This document shows, piece after piece, positions 48,803 through 58,834 of a DNA stretch of 64,000 nucleotides (positions are counted from its first letter, which is position 1; the number at the start of each line of letters is the position of its first letter). Both the position numbers and the translations under genes were made by a program. The stretch is from an uncultured Ruminococcus sp. (lineage in GTDB: Bacteria; Bacillota; Clostridia; Oscillospirales; Ruminococcaceae): contig CAZLBL010000001.1 in NCBI GenBank assembly GCA_964557825.1, forward strand, positions 3 to 64,002, read 5' to 3'. The notes below the pieces were generated by a model. The model was given only the letters and a program-made list of their open reading frames with translations. It ran no database searches and was not told the origin of the DNA.

Positions 48803-49163
48803 AATTTGTATCCTTTCTCAACGGTTATATTTAGTCCCGTTTGTTCTACCCGATTTGCCGATATGCACGCAGTGAGCCAACGGCGAACGTATGTGCAAGG
48901 CAATTGAAATAATTTATAATAAACGCTTCGCGTTTATTATATCACATTTTTTTCATCTATGCAATATGCTGAACTCCAAAAAATCGACTGCATATTCATA
49001 TTTTTATGGCAATAAAGCAATATTATGCATACCGCAAGCAAGGCAAACCAATAGCTGCCGCTGTTTCGGCATATAGCTTAGAATTACGCTATTGCTGGAT
49101 ATGCCATACAAAAGGAAAAGTGCCTTGCGGAAATCCACAGGGCGCTTTCATATGCCAACAAAT

Positions 49164-49607
49164 CTATTTATGCGAATAATTGTCACGCTGTGCAACGGCA
49201 AGCCTGTCGCAGCGCTCGTTTTCATCATGACCCGCGTGACCCTTTATCCAGCAAAACTCAACCTTATGCACCTCAAGCAAACACAGCAGCCTTTCCCACA
49301 GGTCGGGGTTAAGGGCGGGTTTGCCATCGCCTTTTTTCCAGCCGCGCTTTTTCCAGCCTGCCGCCCAGCCCTTGGTTATGCCGTCAACAACATACTTGCT
49401 GTCGGTGGTAAGCTTCACTTCACAGGGGAATTTCAGCGCCTCCAACGCGGTAATAACCGCCGTCAACTCCATACGGTTGTTGGTTGTATGAGACTCTCCT
49501 CCCGAAAGCTCCTTTTCCTTGCCATCACAGCGCAGAATTGCTCCGTAGCCGCCGGGTCCCGGGTTTCCGCTGCAAGCGCCATCGGTGAATATCTCAACAA
49601 ATCTCAT
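49164..49607 (-). CDS. rnhA: Ribonuclease HI
   Basis: [42 protein letters not shown]. Confidence 0.98.
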   Translation of the reverse strand: MRFVEIFTDGACSGNPGPGGYGAILRCDGKEKELSGGESHTTNNRMELTAVITALEALKFPCEVKLTTDSKYVVDGITKGWAAGWKKRGWKKGDGKPALNPDLWERLLCLLEVHKVEFCWIKGHAGHDENERCDRLAVAQRDNYSHK

Positions 49608-49673
49608 ATGCCCTCCATATCGGCAAAACAGCCCCCTTTGCGGAGGCTGAATATGCTTGTTTTGTATTGCGGA

Positions 49674-50933
49674 TTAGTTTGCAAGACCCGCTCTTTCGAT
49701 ACCCTCTGTAAAGTATTTCTGTAGGAATACATACATGATAACGATAGGCGCGATTGCAAGCAGACAGCCTGCCTCCATCCACACGATAAACTCGGTCGCA
49801 TTACGAACCTCATTATACAAGTACATGGAGATACTTACCGCAATGGTGTCAATCTTCAGGGAAATTGTATTTGCGTTGGTAAAGTACATGGAGGATACAT
49901 AGTAGTCGTTCCAGTACCAAACGATTGAGAAGATGAATACCGTAAGGAATGAACTTGCCGCGTTGGGAACCATTACACTGATAAAGGTCTTGAACGGACC
50001 GCAGCCATCGAGGTAAGCGGCGTCCTCAAGCTCCTTAGGAAGTCCGCGGAAGAACTGTCTGAACAGGTAAATAAACAGACCCGAACGTATACCGTTGCAG
50101 AAGAACGCAGGGATATACATTGACCAGTTTGTATCGGTAAGCGTGATAGGCGCACCAAGCATTGAGTTGAAGATACCGAATACATCGAAATATCTGAACT
50201 GCATAAACTGGGGGATAAGGATAATCTGGGAAGGTACGATAATCTGGAGGATTACAATACCAAACAGAAGGTTTTTACCCTTAAACTTAAATCTTGCAAA
50301 GCCATAACCCGTAAGTGCGCAGGTGCCAACCTGAAGTATCGAAGATATAATGTTAAGCACCAACGTATTCCAAAGGGTCTTGGGATAGTCTATCGCATTC
50401 CAGATTTCAACGAAGTTCTCAAAGCGGATAGACTTGGGTATCCACATTACCGAGGGGTCGTTCATCTCAGACTGGGGACGGATAGAAGTGGAAATCATGT
50501 ACAGTATCGGGTACAGGATTACAAACGAAAGACCAAAGATAATTACAAATCTGAAGAACGGCCATACCCAACCCGAAAGTCTGCGCTTTACCAGATAGCG
50601 GTAATGCTTTTTCTCTTTGTCGGTATAGTGGCGGTAGTTCTTGATTATCTCAAGGGTTGATACATGATAATCGTCTTTCTTTTTCTTTGCCTTTTTAGGC
50701 TTGCCCGTTTCAATCGGAACAGCCACAACAGCGGCGGCGTCATTGATATCGGCAATGGCCTCAGCTATTGCTTCGGGCGCAGCGTCCACAGGCTCTGACG
50801 CTGCAAAAGCTGCCTCAGCGTTTAATTCTTCGGCTGCCTGTGTATTGTCGGAAACAGATGTCATACTCTCAGCAGGCTGATTAGCAACATTAACATCTTC
50901 CTCGCTTGGGAAAGCAAAATTATTATCTGTCAC
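49674..50933 (-). CDS. Carbohydrate ABC permease (MalG-like) with acidic N-terminal extension
   Basis: ELEDAAYLDG EAA motif, WYWNDY; likely GTG start 50933 after AAGGAGG. Confidence 0.9.
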   Translation of the reverse strand: MTDNNFAFPSEEDVNVANQPAESMTSVSDNTQAAEELNAEAAFAASEPVDAAPEAIAEAIADINDAAAVVAVPIETGKPKKAKKKKDDYHVSTLEIIKNYRHYTDKEKKHYRYLVKRRLSGWVWPFFRFVIIFGLSFVILYPILYMISTSIRPQSEMNDPSVMWIPKSIRFENFVEIWNAIDYPKTLWNTLVLNIISSILQVGTCALTGYGFARFKFKGKNLLFGIVILQIIVPSQIILIPQFMQFRYFDVFGIFNSMLGAPITLTDTNWSMYIPAFFCNGIRSGLFIYLFRQFFRGLPKELEDAAYLDGCGPFKTFISVMVPNAASSFLTVFIFSIVWYWNDYYVSSMYFTNANTISLKIDTIAVSISMYLYNEVRNATEFIVWMEAGCLLAIAPIVIMYVFLQKYFTEGIERAGLAN

Positions 50934-50946
50934 TTCTCTAACCTCC

Positions 50947-52122
50947 TTACTCATTCTCGTAGAATACAAATCTGTTGACTATCACGGTGATAATCGCAAG
51001 GCAAGCGCCGATTATTGCGAAGTAAATCCATGCGAGCGCCGCAGATGTACCGTATTCCCAGTTTTTCGAAGCCTTAAGCACGCATTCCATAACCTCGTTA
51101 TCGGTTGCCACAAAGGCGTCTATTACCGTATACACAAGGTTTGACAAAATCATCGGGCTTATGTAGGGGAATGTAATCTTCCAGAAGAATTCCCATGAGG
51201 TTGCGCCCTCCATGCTGGCAGCTTCCTTCGCGGACGGAGGAATTGTTTGCAGCGCGGACAGGAATATCAGTATCTGGATACCTGAGTTCCATACAAGGTT
51301 AAGCACGTCACTGGTGATATCCTGAATAAACTCGGTGAGCGATTGGTTGATGCCATAGATGCCGACAAACTCCATCAGCTCTGTAACAAGGTCTGTCTTG
51401 AACAGTGTGCTGAACTGTGCCGCATCGGAAACGCCGCGCGAAGTCATATCACCGTTGATTACGCTGATAACGGGACCTGTTGCGATAAGCACAGGCAGGA
51501 AGAAGATGGAACGCGCCAAGGTTCTTCCTCTGAACTTCTGGTTAAGAATAACAGCGATAAACAGCGAGAATATCAGGATTACTATTGATTTAGGTCCGAT
51601 ATCCGCAAGGGAGTTAAGCAGTGCGGGCAGGAACTCTGCGCTGTCGCCGAAAGCGTCGATATAGTTGCTGAAGTTGTTCCACTCGGTATAGATACCTGCG
51701 GTGGTCATACCATGCAGCAGCGCGTCAGCCTTTGCATACAGCTTGGTATCGCACAGCGAATACCAAAGCGATGTGATAACGGGAAGGACAAACAGCCACA
51801 ATGTACCAACCGCCCAAAGCGCGATAAAGCCGTAGCCATACAGCCCTTTCTTTCTCTCATAGGAAATTTTAGAGGTTTTGATTTTGCGCTGTTGCTTAGC
51901 GCCGTTCTTCCTTCGTACATCGACCTCCGAGCCTTCAAGGTTGAAGGCTGCGGCTGCCGCTGTATTGTGGGCAGAAACACGAACGGGAGCAGTCTGCTGA
52001 ACCTCTGCAACGGCTTCAACCGCTGCCGGCTCTAAGCTCTCTGCGGGAGCTTCAGCGACCTCTGATACAGCTGCGTTTACTTCAGCTTCATCGTTCGGTT
52101 CGAAATTTCTTTCGTCACTCAT
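50947..52122 (-). CDS. Carbohydrate ABC permease (MalF-like) with acidic N-terminal extension
   Basis: LSALQTIPPSAKEAASMEGATSWEFFWKITFP EAA motif. Confidence 0.9.
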   Translation of the reverse strand: MSDERNFEPNDEAEVNAAVSEVAEAPAESLEPAAVEAVAEVQQTAPVRVSAHNTAAAAAFNLEGSEVDVRRKNGAKQQRKIKTSKISYERKKGLYGYGFIALWAVGTLWLFVLPVITSLWYSLCDTKLYAKADALLHGMTTAGIYTEWNNFSNYIDAFGDSAEFLPALLNSLADIGPKSIVILIFSLFIAVILNQKFRGRTLARSIFFLPVLIATGPVISVINGDMTSRGVSDAAQFSTLFKTDLVTELMEFVGIYGINQSLTEFIQDITSDVLNLVWNSGIQILIFLSALQTIPPSAKEAASMEGATSWEFFWKITFPYISPMILSNLVYTVIDAFVATDNEVMECVLKASKNWEYGTSAALAWIYFAIIGACLAIITVIVNRFVFYENE

Positions 52123-54485
52123 CAGTCAGTTGTCGCTCCTTTCAGTCCGTAATCGGTAAGGTTGATAGCCGTACCGTTGATTTCAAGCTTGAGGTTTTCA
52201 AGGTCTGCCTTGATTACCGTTCCATCGGAGAATGTTGTCTTAACAACCTTGCTGTCGATATACTCAAAATCTGTGATAGTTTCATCTGCCAGACCCTTTA
52301 TGAAGTCCTGCGATACCCTGTACTGTGCAGCGGCATTATCAAGCCAGCCATCGTAGTAGGTATAGAACAGTGTGTCATAGGTGCTGTCGGTAAACTCGTT
52401 GGGGTTCTCGTACATTACCTCGTAGTGGACGGGAGTGCCTGTCGCAAGGGCGAGCAGATACATCTCATCAGCACTGGAGCTTGCATTCATGGCCTTGGTT
52501 GTATAGGGGATATAGCCATGAATTACTATCTCATAGAAGGGAATGTCATAGTTGTAAATATCAAAGTCACTGCTGTAAAGCGGGACATTTCTGATACAGT
52601 CAACATATTTCAGTGCATAATCATTGCAGGCGTCTGCAACAAATGTAAGACCGTTGTCCTTGATTATCTGATAGCAGCTCTGAAGATACTCAACAGCTTT
52701 CTGTCTTGAAGTCTGCTTTGTTGTGTTTGCTGTAAAGTCGCTGTACAGCATATTTGTTGCTTCTTCAAGCGATATTGCCGTGATGCCTTCCTTAACATAG
52801 CTGTTTACTATCTTCTGGACTGCGTCCTGATAATAAGCGGGGGTCATGATGTACCAGCTTTCTCTGGTATCATGCGGCGTTCCAAAAGCACGCTCATACT
52901 CAATCTGGGTAGCGTATGCCTTGGTAACGCGGATAACGGAAGACGTTGTTGTGGAATAACCGTTGCCCGAACGGTGGAACTCCTGAATATCAACACTGGG
53001 AGCCAGCGTTGCGCCTATGCTTGCGCAGTAATCGGAAAGCAGCTTGTACTTGGATTTTCCACCAAGCGTACCTGCGTAATCAACGCTGTTGGAAATGCGG
53101 CTTGTAATTCCTGCTTTGTTGAAGTCCTCATAGGTTATAACCAAGTCATCAACGCCAAGCGCATACAGCTTCTCGATTATTTCCTTTGCCTGCTCATATG
53201 TTGTAGCGGCAGTTTCGAGAGAAACAGGGAAGCCCATAACAGACTGCTGCTTTACCGTGCCGCCGAAAATATCAAGGTAGAACGGCAAGCCTTCGCTTGT
53301 CTTGCCCTTTGTCAGCACGCCCTCATCAACAAGATGCTGCTGATAACGCAGGGCAACGTCTACATAGTCCGCATTGGTCTTTGCGATTGGGTAATAGCGA
53401 ACCGTTACTTTATCCTCGGGTATAATGTTGGTTTCATAAGCGCTGAGCGCCGCGTTGCTTTGTCCCATGTAATAGGAGTCTGCCGAACGCAGGCTGAAAT
53501 CAAACCAAGCGGAATTGTAAGATGTGGCACCCTGACCATTTATGCTTGCCCTTGCGGTAGCATAGGCAGAACCCTCTGTTGCGACTGCAAGAAGTGCGTT
53601 ATCCTCCTTGACGATACCAACTATCGGGAGATAAGCTTGCTCTGTCTTTGCGGGAGCCATCTCGGAGCTTACGGCAACATCTCGTCCGTAAAGCTTCTGG
53701 CTGTACTCGGCAGACTTTGATTTGCCGTTGTTGAAGTTAATTACAGCGCCGGAGCCATCGGGAGTTATCAGATAACCCTCCTCCTCGCTTGAACCTGCGC
53801 CGAGATCTTTGAACAGACTGACCGTGATAATAGAGCGAACCGTTTCGGAAGTGTTGCCCAAAAACTCCTCCTCAATTATCTCGTCAACGCCGATGGAAAC
53901 CTCAAAATAGTCATCAACAAGCGTTACATAATAAGGGATTGTGATACCCTCGTTCTTGAACACCAGCGTACACTTAAAGCCGTTTTCCACCGCCTCAAGC
54001 GTGTAAGAATCGCTTGTCATAACGTTGTAGGACTTTATATCGGTTTTGCTGTGGTCAGTATCTGTAACCTTTCTGCCCTCTATGCAAAGGGCGGATTTAA
54101 GTCCGGCAAGGTTAGAACCGGTAGCAATCGCGTCGGAATCCGCGTTGTAAGGATTGCTCCACCAGCAATAGCCGGTGTCCTTATTTTGAACCGCGAATAC
54201 TCCGGTGCTCTCATTTACATAAAGCGCCAGCGTGGACGACTGCGCATAAAGCTTACACTCTGCAAGCGCCTGCTCCTCGGTTATGAGAGAAGCTTCGGGG
54301 GCTGCTGTGCTGTCGGTATCGGCAGCAGCTTCCTCGTCTGTATTCTCGGCTGCTTCAGCCGATTCAACAGTGCCTGCATCGGTGGGAACCTCAGCGTTTT
54401 CAGACCATGCAACGCTCTGGCTTGCCGTAAGCACCATTGCAGAGCAAAGCACGCCGGCAAGTATTTTCTTGCGTAATTGAAGCAT
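52122..54485 (-). CDS. DUF5696-family secreted protein
   Basis: Signal peptide, acidic linker, WWSNP, YLITPDGSGAVI, YLPIVG, TTYEQAKEII; context typical of the family. Confidence 0.75.
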   Translation of the reverse strand: MLQLRKKILAGVLCSAMVLTASQSVAWSENAEVPTDAGTVESAEAAENTDEEAAADTDSTAAPEASLITEEQALAECKLYAQSSTLALYVNESTGVFAVQNKDTGYCWWSNPYNADSDAIATGSNLAGLKSALCIEGRKVTDTDHSKTDIKSYNVMTSDSYTLEAVENGFKCTLVFKNEGITIPYYVTLVDDYFEVSIGVDEIIEEEFLGNTSETVRSIITVSLFKDLGAGSSEEEGYLITPDGSGAVINFNNGKSKSAEYSQKLYGRDVAVSSEMAPAKTEQAYLPIVGIVKEDNALLAVATEGSAYATARASINGQGATSYNSAWFDFSLRSADSYYMGQSNAALSAYETNIIPEDKVTVRYYPIAKTNADYVDVALRYQQHLVDEGVLTKGKTSEGLPFYLDIFGGTVKQQSVMGFPVSLETAATTYEQAKEIIEKLYALGVDDLVITYEDFNKAGITSRISNSVDYAGTLGGKSKYKLLSDYCASIGATLAPSVDIQEFHRSGNGYSTTTSSVIRVTKAYATQIEYERAFGTPHDTRESWYIMTPAYYQDAVQKIVNSYVKEGITAISLEEATNMLYSDFTANTTKQTSRQKAVEYLQSCYQIIKDNGLTFVADACNDYALKYVDCIRNVPLYSSDFDIYNYDIPFYEIVIHGYIPYTTKAMNASSSADEMYLLALATGTPVHYEVMYENPNEFTDSTYDTLFYTYYDGWLDNAAAQYRVSQDFIKGLADETITDFEYIDSKVVKTTFSDGTVIKADLENLKLEINGTAINLTDYGLKGATTD

Positions 54486-54531
54486 TTTTACACCACCATT
54501 TTCAATAATAAAACGTTGTAGTTACTGTTCA

Positions 54532-55296
54532 TCAGGATTTAAGCTTTTCCATCTGCTTTTTAAGCTGGTGCTTTTCAACAAGCGTGTACGCTGTGATGAC
54601 GATAGCGGCGATAACAACCACCACGCCAACCATAATCAGTATCAGCGTTGTCGGCTCCAGATTTGTAAATCTGTAAAGCAGCTCTGTGTAAATTGAATAT
54701 ACAAAAACATAAACCTGCTGGAAAAGCGAAACGAGAAGTACGAGCAGTATGATTATAACAAGCATTGCGCACACTGTTATAAACATAAACAGAAGGGTTT
54801 TAGGTATTGAATACTGGTGAACCGTCCTCATGCCCGAAATCAGCAGAATGGCTGTCCAGAGAAGCGTAAGGTAGGATACAAACACGATAAACGCGCTCTC
54901 TGTCCGCTGAAGGCAGTTACTGAGAATAATGTTTACTACCTTGCCGATAAGCATGGGAACCAGCGCATAAGCAGTGTTAGCGCAGATATTTTTCATTGTA
55001 CCCTCGCCGTCAAACAGCGTACACAGCGCCCAGTTGCCTATTACCCATGTAAAGAACAGGACCAACGTCTGGATAATGATGGGGACGATATTGAATATCT
55101 TAACGTAATTTTCATTGAAGAGGAAGCCCGTCATGAGCTGTTCGCAGACGCTTATGATAAAGAACAGCGCTACAATCACCATGGAAACTCTCATGCTGTA
55201 GGCTTTCTTCCATCTTAAATCCTCAAAGCCCTCAAAGGGGTGGAGCATTATGTAGAAAGGCCATTTCCACTTTGGCATATCAAGGTCAAATCTCAT
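54532..55296 (-). CDS. Yip1-family membrane protein
   Basis: HPFEGFEDL, NWALCTLFDGEG, YALVP, VHQY. Confidence 0.8.
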   Translation of the reverse strand: MRFDLDMPKWKWPFYIMLHPFEGFEDLRWKKAYSMRVSMVIVALFFIISVCEQLMTGFLFNENYVKIFNIVPIIIQTLVLFFTWVIGNWALCTLFDGEGTMKNICANTAYALVPMLIGKVVNIILSNCLQRTESAFIVFVSYLTLLWTAILLISGMRTVHQYSIPKTLLFMFITVCAMLVIIILLVLLVSLFQQVYVFVYSIYTELLYRFTNLEPTTLILIMVGVVVVIAAIVITAYTLVEKHQLKKQMEKLKS

Positions 55297-55299
55297 GCG

Positions 55300-56928
55300 T
55301 TAATCCTCCCTTCCCTTATTCCGTTCTTTGAAGATACGCTCCGCCTCGGCGCGTTTCTTTGCTCTCATCTTGCCTCTTACGGAAGCGATAACATAAATGC
55401 CGACAAGCAGACCAACGATAATTATCGCGATAACGGTGAAGTTATCTCTGATGAAATCCATACGCCAGCCCTTGAACGCGTCATTATAACCGGTTTTGGA
55501 ATTGTACAGGAAGTACTCCATTGCGGTTTCATAATCGCCTTGATTAAGGTAAGCGTTGCCAAGACCGATGTAAGCCAGCCAGTAGTTGGAGTCGCGCTTG
55601 AGTACTTCCTCCCACGGACCGCGCGCCAGTTCATACTTACCGCTGTTAAACAGCGTGATTGCCTCATGAACAAGGCTGCCGAACTCGGTCTGCTTAAACA
55701 CGGTTATGCTTGCCTTACGTCCGTCAAGGACATAAACGTTTGTTCCAAGGCTTTCAACCGCGTTTACGGTTGTGAACGTACCCTTTTGCTGACCCTTGCC
55801 GCCGAAGATAAACAGCAGGGCACACTCATCGTCATACTGGAACACACGGCCTGTCTTAAGGTCAAGCAGGTTTATTGTTCCGTTCTCGCCGATATCAACA
55901 TCGGTAATCTGCGAGGAGTAAGTCTGACCACGGTAGTATTTTGTAAGGTAGTCACCAAAGATATAGTCGGAATATCCGAGATTTATAAAGATATTTGTAC
56001 CTGCGGAGTTAAGCTTCTTGATGATATCCGTTTCAACGCTCTTGGACTCGGTAACAGTGTAGATGAAGTTATCTGAGTCGATATCAAAGTTTGAAATCTC
56101 AACAGGAACGTTTCTCTGCATCTTCTTAACCTGCTCACGGGTGAATATCAGCTTCCAGAAAGCGTTCATAAGAACGTCCGCGGTAGCCTCAACACGGTTT
56201 GCGCCGAAGTATCCGTTGAACTCGCCGTCCTTAGAGAATACAACAGCGCCCTTTGTGATGGATTTGATACAGATATATACATTGCCCGCCGCGTCAACCA
56301 AAACCTTACTAGGGTTAAAGGTTGTGTTTGCGTCATAAACATCAGCGTCGGGGCGTGTGAACACCCTAATAACCTCGCCGTAACCAACGCCGTTTTCATC
56401 TACCTTTACGGTCATGGAAACCACGCGGTCGTTGGAATTATCGGCAACATAGACAACATCGTCTTTCACAAAAACGCCCGTAGGACCGTCAAAGTAGATG
56501 TCACTGACTTTATTGTACTGGCTCTGCTTTTCAGAAAGTTCTTCTTTCTTTGCAGCAAGCCATTCCTGCTGGTTGCTGAAGTCAAGGTACTCTATAGCAT
56601 TTATGAAGTTGAAATCCTTATCGGTGATAACAATTCTGCCCTTCATGCTTGCGTCCAACGTACCCTTATAGCCTGTATCCGCAATATATATTTTCTCGTC
56701 CTCTGATACATAAAGGTCGGAAGGCTCTGTAAACGAGCCAATGCCGAGATCCAGGCCGGTAACAACCTTATCCACAACATAGCCGTTCTGGGAGGGAACA
56801 GGGTCGCCCCACCAGTCGTAGTTGTAGCCGTCATACGGCTCGTCTGCGAAGGCGGTGCAGGTACCCAATGTAACAGCAGCCATTACCGCGGCGACAGCGC
56901 GCACTGCGATACGCTTTATTGATGGCAC
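55300..56928 (-). CDS. NHL beta-propeller plus TPR protein with C-terminal membrane anchor
   Basis: Signal peptide; FTEPSDLYV/YIADTG, FDGPTGVFV/YVADNS repeats; TPR YIGLGNAYLNQGDYETAMEYF; C-terminal TM. Confidence 0.82.
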   Translation of the reverse strand: MPSIKRIAVRAVAAVMAAVTLGTCTAFADEPYDGYNYDWWGDPVPSQNGYVVDKVVTGLDLGIGSFTEPSDLYVSEDEKIYIADTGYKGTLDASMKGRIVITDKDFNFINAIEYLDFSNQQEWLAAKKEELSEKQSQYNKVSDIYFDGPTGVFVKDDVVYVADNSNDRVVSMTVKVDENGVGYGEVIRVFTRPDADVYDANTTFNPSKVLVDAAGNVYICIKSITKGAVVFSKDGEFNGYFGANRVEATADVLMNAFWKLIFTREQVKKMQRNVPVEISNFDIDSDNFIYTVTESKSVETDIIKKLNSAGTNIFINLGYSDYIFGDYLTKYYRGQTYSSQITDVDIGENGTINLLDLKTGRVFQYDDECALLFIFGGKGQQKGTFTTVNAVESLGTNVYVLDGRKASITVFKQTEFGSLVHEAITLFNSGKYELARGPWEEVLKRDSNYWLAYIGLGNAYLNQGDYETAMEYFLYNSKTGYNDAFKGWRMDFIRDNFTVIAIIIVGLLVGIYVIASVRGKMRAKKRAEAERIFKERNKGRED

Positions 56929-56957
56929 TCAAAATCATCCTTTCGTTATTTATTTCA

Positions 56958-57818
56958 TCAATCCTTAAGACCCGAGTGAGCCATCGTTTCAACAACGTTT
57001 GACTGCAGGATAAGGAACAGTATCATTGGCGGCAGCATAAGTACCACAACCGTTGCCGATGAAACGCCGGCTCGGGCAATACCCGCAGCGGAAATCTGCT
57101 GCATAACTATGGGGATAGGCTTGAGCTGCTCACTGTAAACGAAGAGATAACCGGTAATCTGCCAAGCACCCTGGAATGCGAAAATCATCAGGGTAAGCCA
57201 TGCAGGCTTAACATTGGGCATTACAATCTGCCAGCACACTCTGAGATGGCTTGCGCCGTCAAGCTTTGCCGCCTCAATCATACTTTCGGGGATTTGTCCC
57301 ATAAACTGCTTCATAAGGAACAGACCCATAGGCGTTGCTATGTACGGCAGCGTGATTGCCCAGTAGGTATCAATCATACCAAGGGTTGCCATAACTATGT
57401 ACTGCACGATGTATGTAACGGAAGATGTAAACAGCAGCGCGATTTCGATAACCTTGTTCATTGCCTTTACGCCGGGAGCCTTTACCTTTGCAAGCACATA
57501 AGCGGCAGAGGAGGAAAGGAACAGCTGCGCAACCGTTACAACAACGGAAACGAAAATCGAGTTGAATACATATCTTGAGAACGGAACGTCCAAACTGCCC
57601 GCAACCTTAAGCATATCCTCAAAGTTCTGCGAGGTGGGACGCTGAACATAAAGCTTTGGCGGGAACACGAACAGTTCCTCAACAGGCTTTATTGACTGTA
57701 TAACGGACAGGTAGATAGGGAACAGCATGAACACGCCGATAAGGCACAGAACAACAAATATCGCAATGTCGCCGCCGCGTGAGCCGCCCCATCTCTTTCT
57801 TCTTTGTATAATACGCAT
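56958..57818 (-). CDS. Carbohydrate ABC permease (MalG-like)
   Basis: IPESMIEAAKLDGAS EAA motif. Confidence 0.93.
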   Translation of the reverse strand: MRIIQRRKRWGGSRGGDIAIFVVLCLIGVFMLFPIYLSVIQSIKPVEELFVFPPKLYVQRPTSQNFEDMLKVAGSLDVPFSRYVFNSIFVSVVVTVAQLFLSSSAAYVLAKVKAPGVKAMNKVIEIALLFTSSVTYIVQYIVMATLGMIDTYWAITLPYIATPMGLFLMKQFMGQIPESMIEAAKLDGASHLRVCWQIVMPNVKPAWLTLMIFAFQGAWQITGYLFVYSEQLKPIPIVMQQISAAGIARAGVSSATVVVLMLPPMILFLILQSNVVETMAHSGLKD

Positions 57819-57833
57819 GTGCTACTGTCCTCC

Positions 57834-58772
57834 TTAAGTTTCCAAAATTCCGCTCATTGCCTTGCGTATTACGTTGTTTACGAGCATCATTACAAGGAAT
57901 AGCAGGAAGCAGATCGCACAGGCATAACCCATTTCGTATCTGATAGAGCCGTAGTCGAAAGCGTGGGTCATGATGGTGTGCGCAGCGTAATCGGTTGAAG
58001 GGAAGGCTGTAAGCGAACGTCCGATATCGCCCGCTGTAAACGAAGCGGTTATCTGCATTACAGCAGCGAACAGAAGCTGCGGACCCATGCTGGGGATTGT
58101 AATATACAGAAGCTCCTGCCAGCGGTTTTTGATACCCTCGATAGCGCCCGCCTCATAGCCTGATTTATCAATGCCCTGGAAGCCTGCGCGGAGTGAAAGG
58201 AAGCCTGCACCAAGCGACATCCACATCTGGACAACAATAACGCAGACAAGAATATATCTTGCGTCTGTAAGCCACTGCTGCGGACCCTTGATAATACCGA
58301 GATCCATCAGTGTGGAGTTAAGGAAGCCGTAGGTATCGCCAGAGAAGATAAGCTGCCATGTAGCAAAAATGTTACCTGCCAGCGTGGGCGCATAAAAGAT
58401 ATATGTAAATACCGTTTTAAGCGCGCCAGGCATCTCATTGATAAGCCATGCAAGCAGGAAGCACATTACATAGCTTACAGGACCTGTGATAATAGCGAAT
58501 ACCAGCGTATTCTGGATTGCAATAAGGAAAACATCGTCCCCAAGGAACAGGGTATAGAAGTTATTAAGACCAACCCAAGTCGGAAACTGTACCATGTTGA
58601 AGCTGGTAAAGCCGATAGGGAGGGATATAAGAACAGGGATACCCGTGAATATCAGGAACAGCACAAAGTACGGAAGTGCCAGCAAATATGCGCTGCCGTT
58701 CTTTTTAATTTCACGCATGGTATAACGAAATCTACTGTCTTCGATATACTGCGTTTTATCTTTACCGAACAA
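57834..58772 (-). CDS. Carbohydrate ABC permease (MalF-like)
   Basis: WVGLNNF, GYEAGAIEGIKN EAA-like motif; TTG start. Confidence 0.92.
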   Translation of the reverse strand: MFGKDKTQYIEDSRFRYTMREIKKNGSAYLLALPYFVLFLIFTGIPVLISLPIGFTSFNMVQFPTWVGLNNFYTLFLGDDVFLIAIQNTLVFAIITGPVSYVMCFLLAWLINEMPGALKTVFTYIFYAPTLAGNIFATWQLIFSGDTYGFLNSTLMDLGIIKGPQQWLTDARYILVCVIVVQMWMSLGAGFLSLRAGFQGIDKSGYEAGAIEGIKNRWQELLYITIPSMGPQLLFAAVMQITASFTAGDIGRSLTAFPSTDYAAHTIMTHAFDYGSIRYEMGYACAICFLLFLVMMLVNNVIRKAMSGILET

Positions 58773-58834
58773 ACTGATTCCTCCTAATAGTTATTGGAAA
58801 GAGCGACCGCTCTTCCAGATTGCTCCGGAAAAGC

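Noticed and set aside
48884-48897. LexA-like box CGAACGTATGTGCA
   Set aside because: Two mismatches in the right half-site, no convincing overlapping promoter, and no similar box before uvrC
49030-49130. GGCAAACC motif and stems suggesting a c-di-GMP-I riboswitch or sRNA
   Set aside because: No GNRA-capped P2 or GACGCAAA segment follows; stems are short and there is no clear promoter/terminator pair
55240-56076. Long antisense ORFs over the ABC cluster and others (e.g. 11257-12234, 25786-26703, 39441-40526, 58820-59662, 60167-61114)
   Set aside because: All lie opposite well-supported genes and have no recognisable motifs
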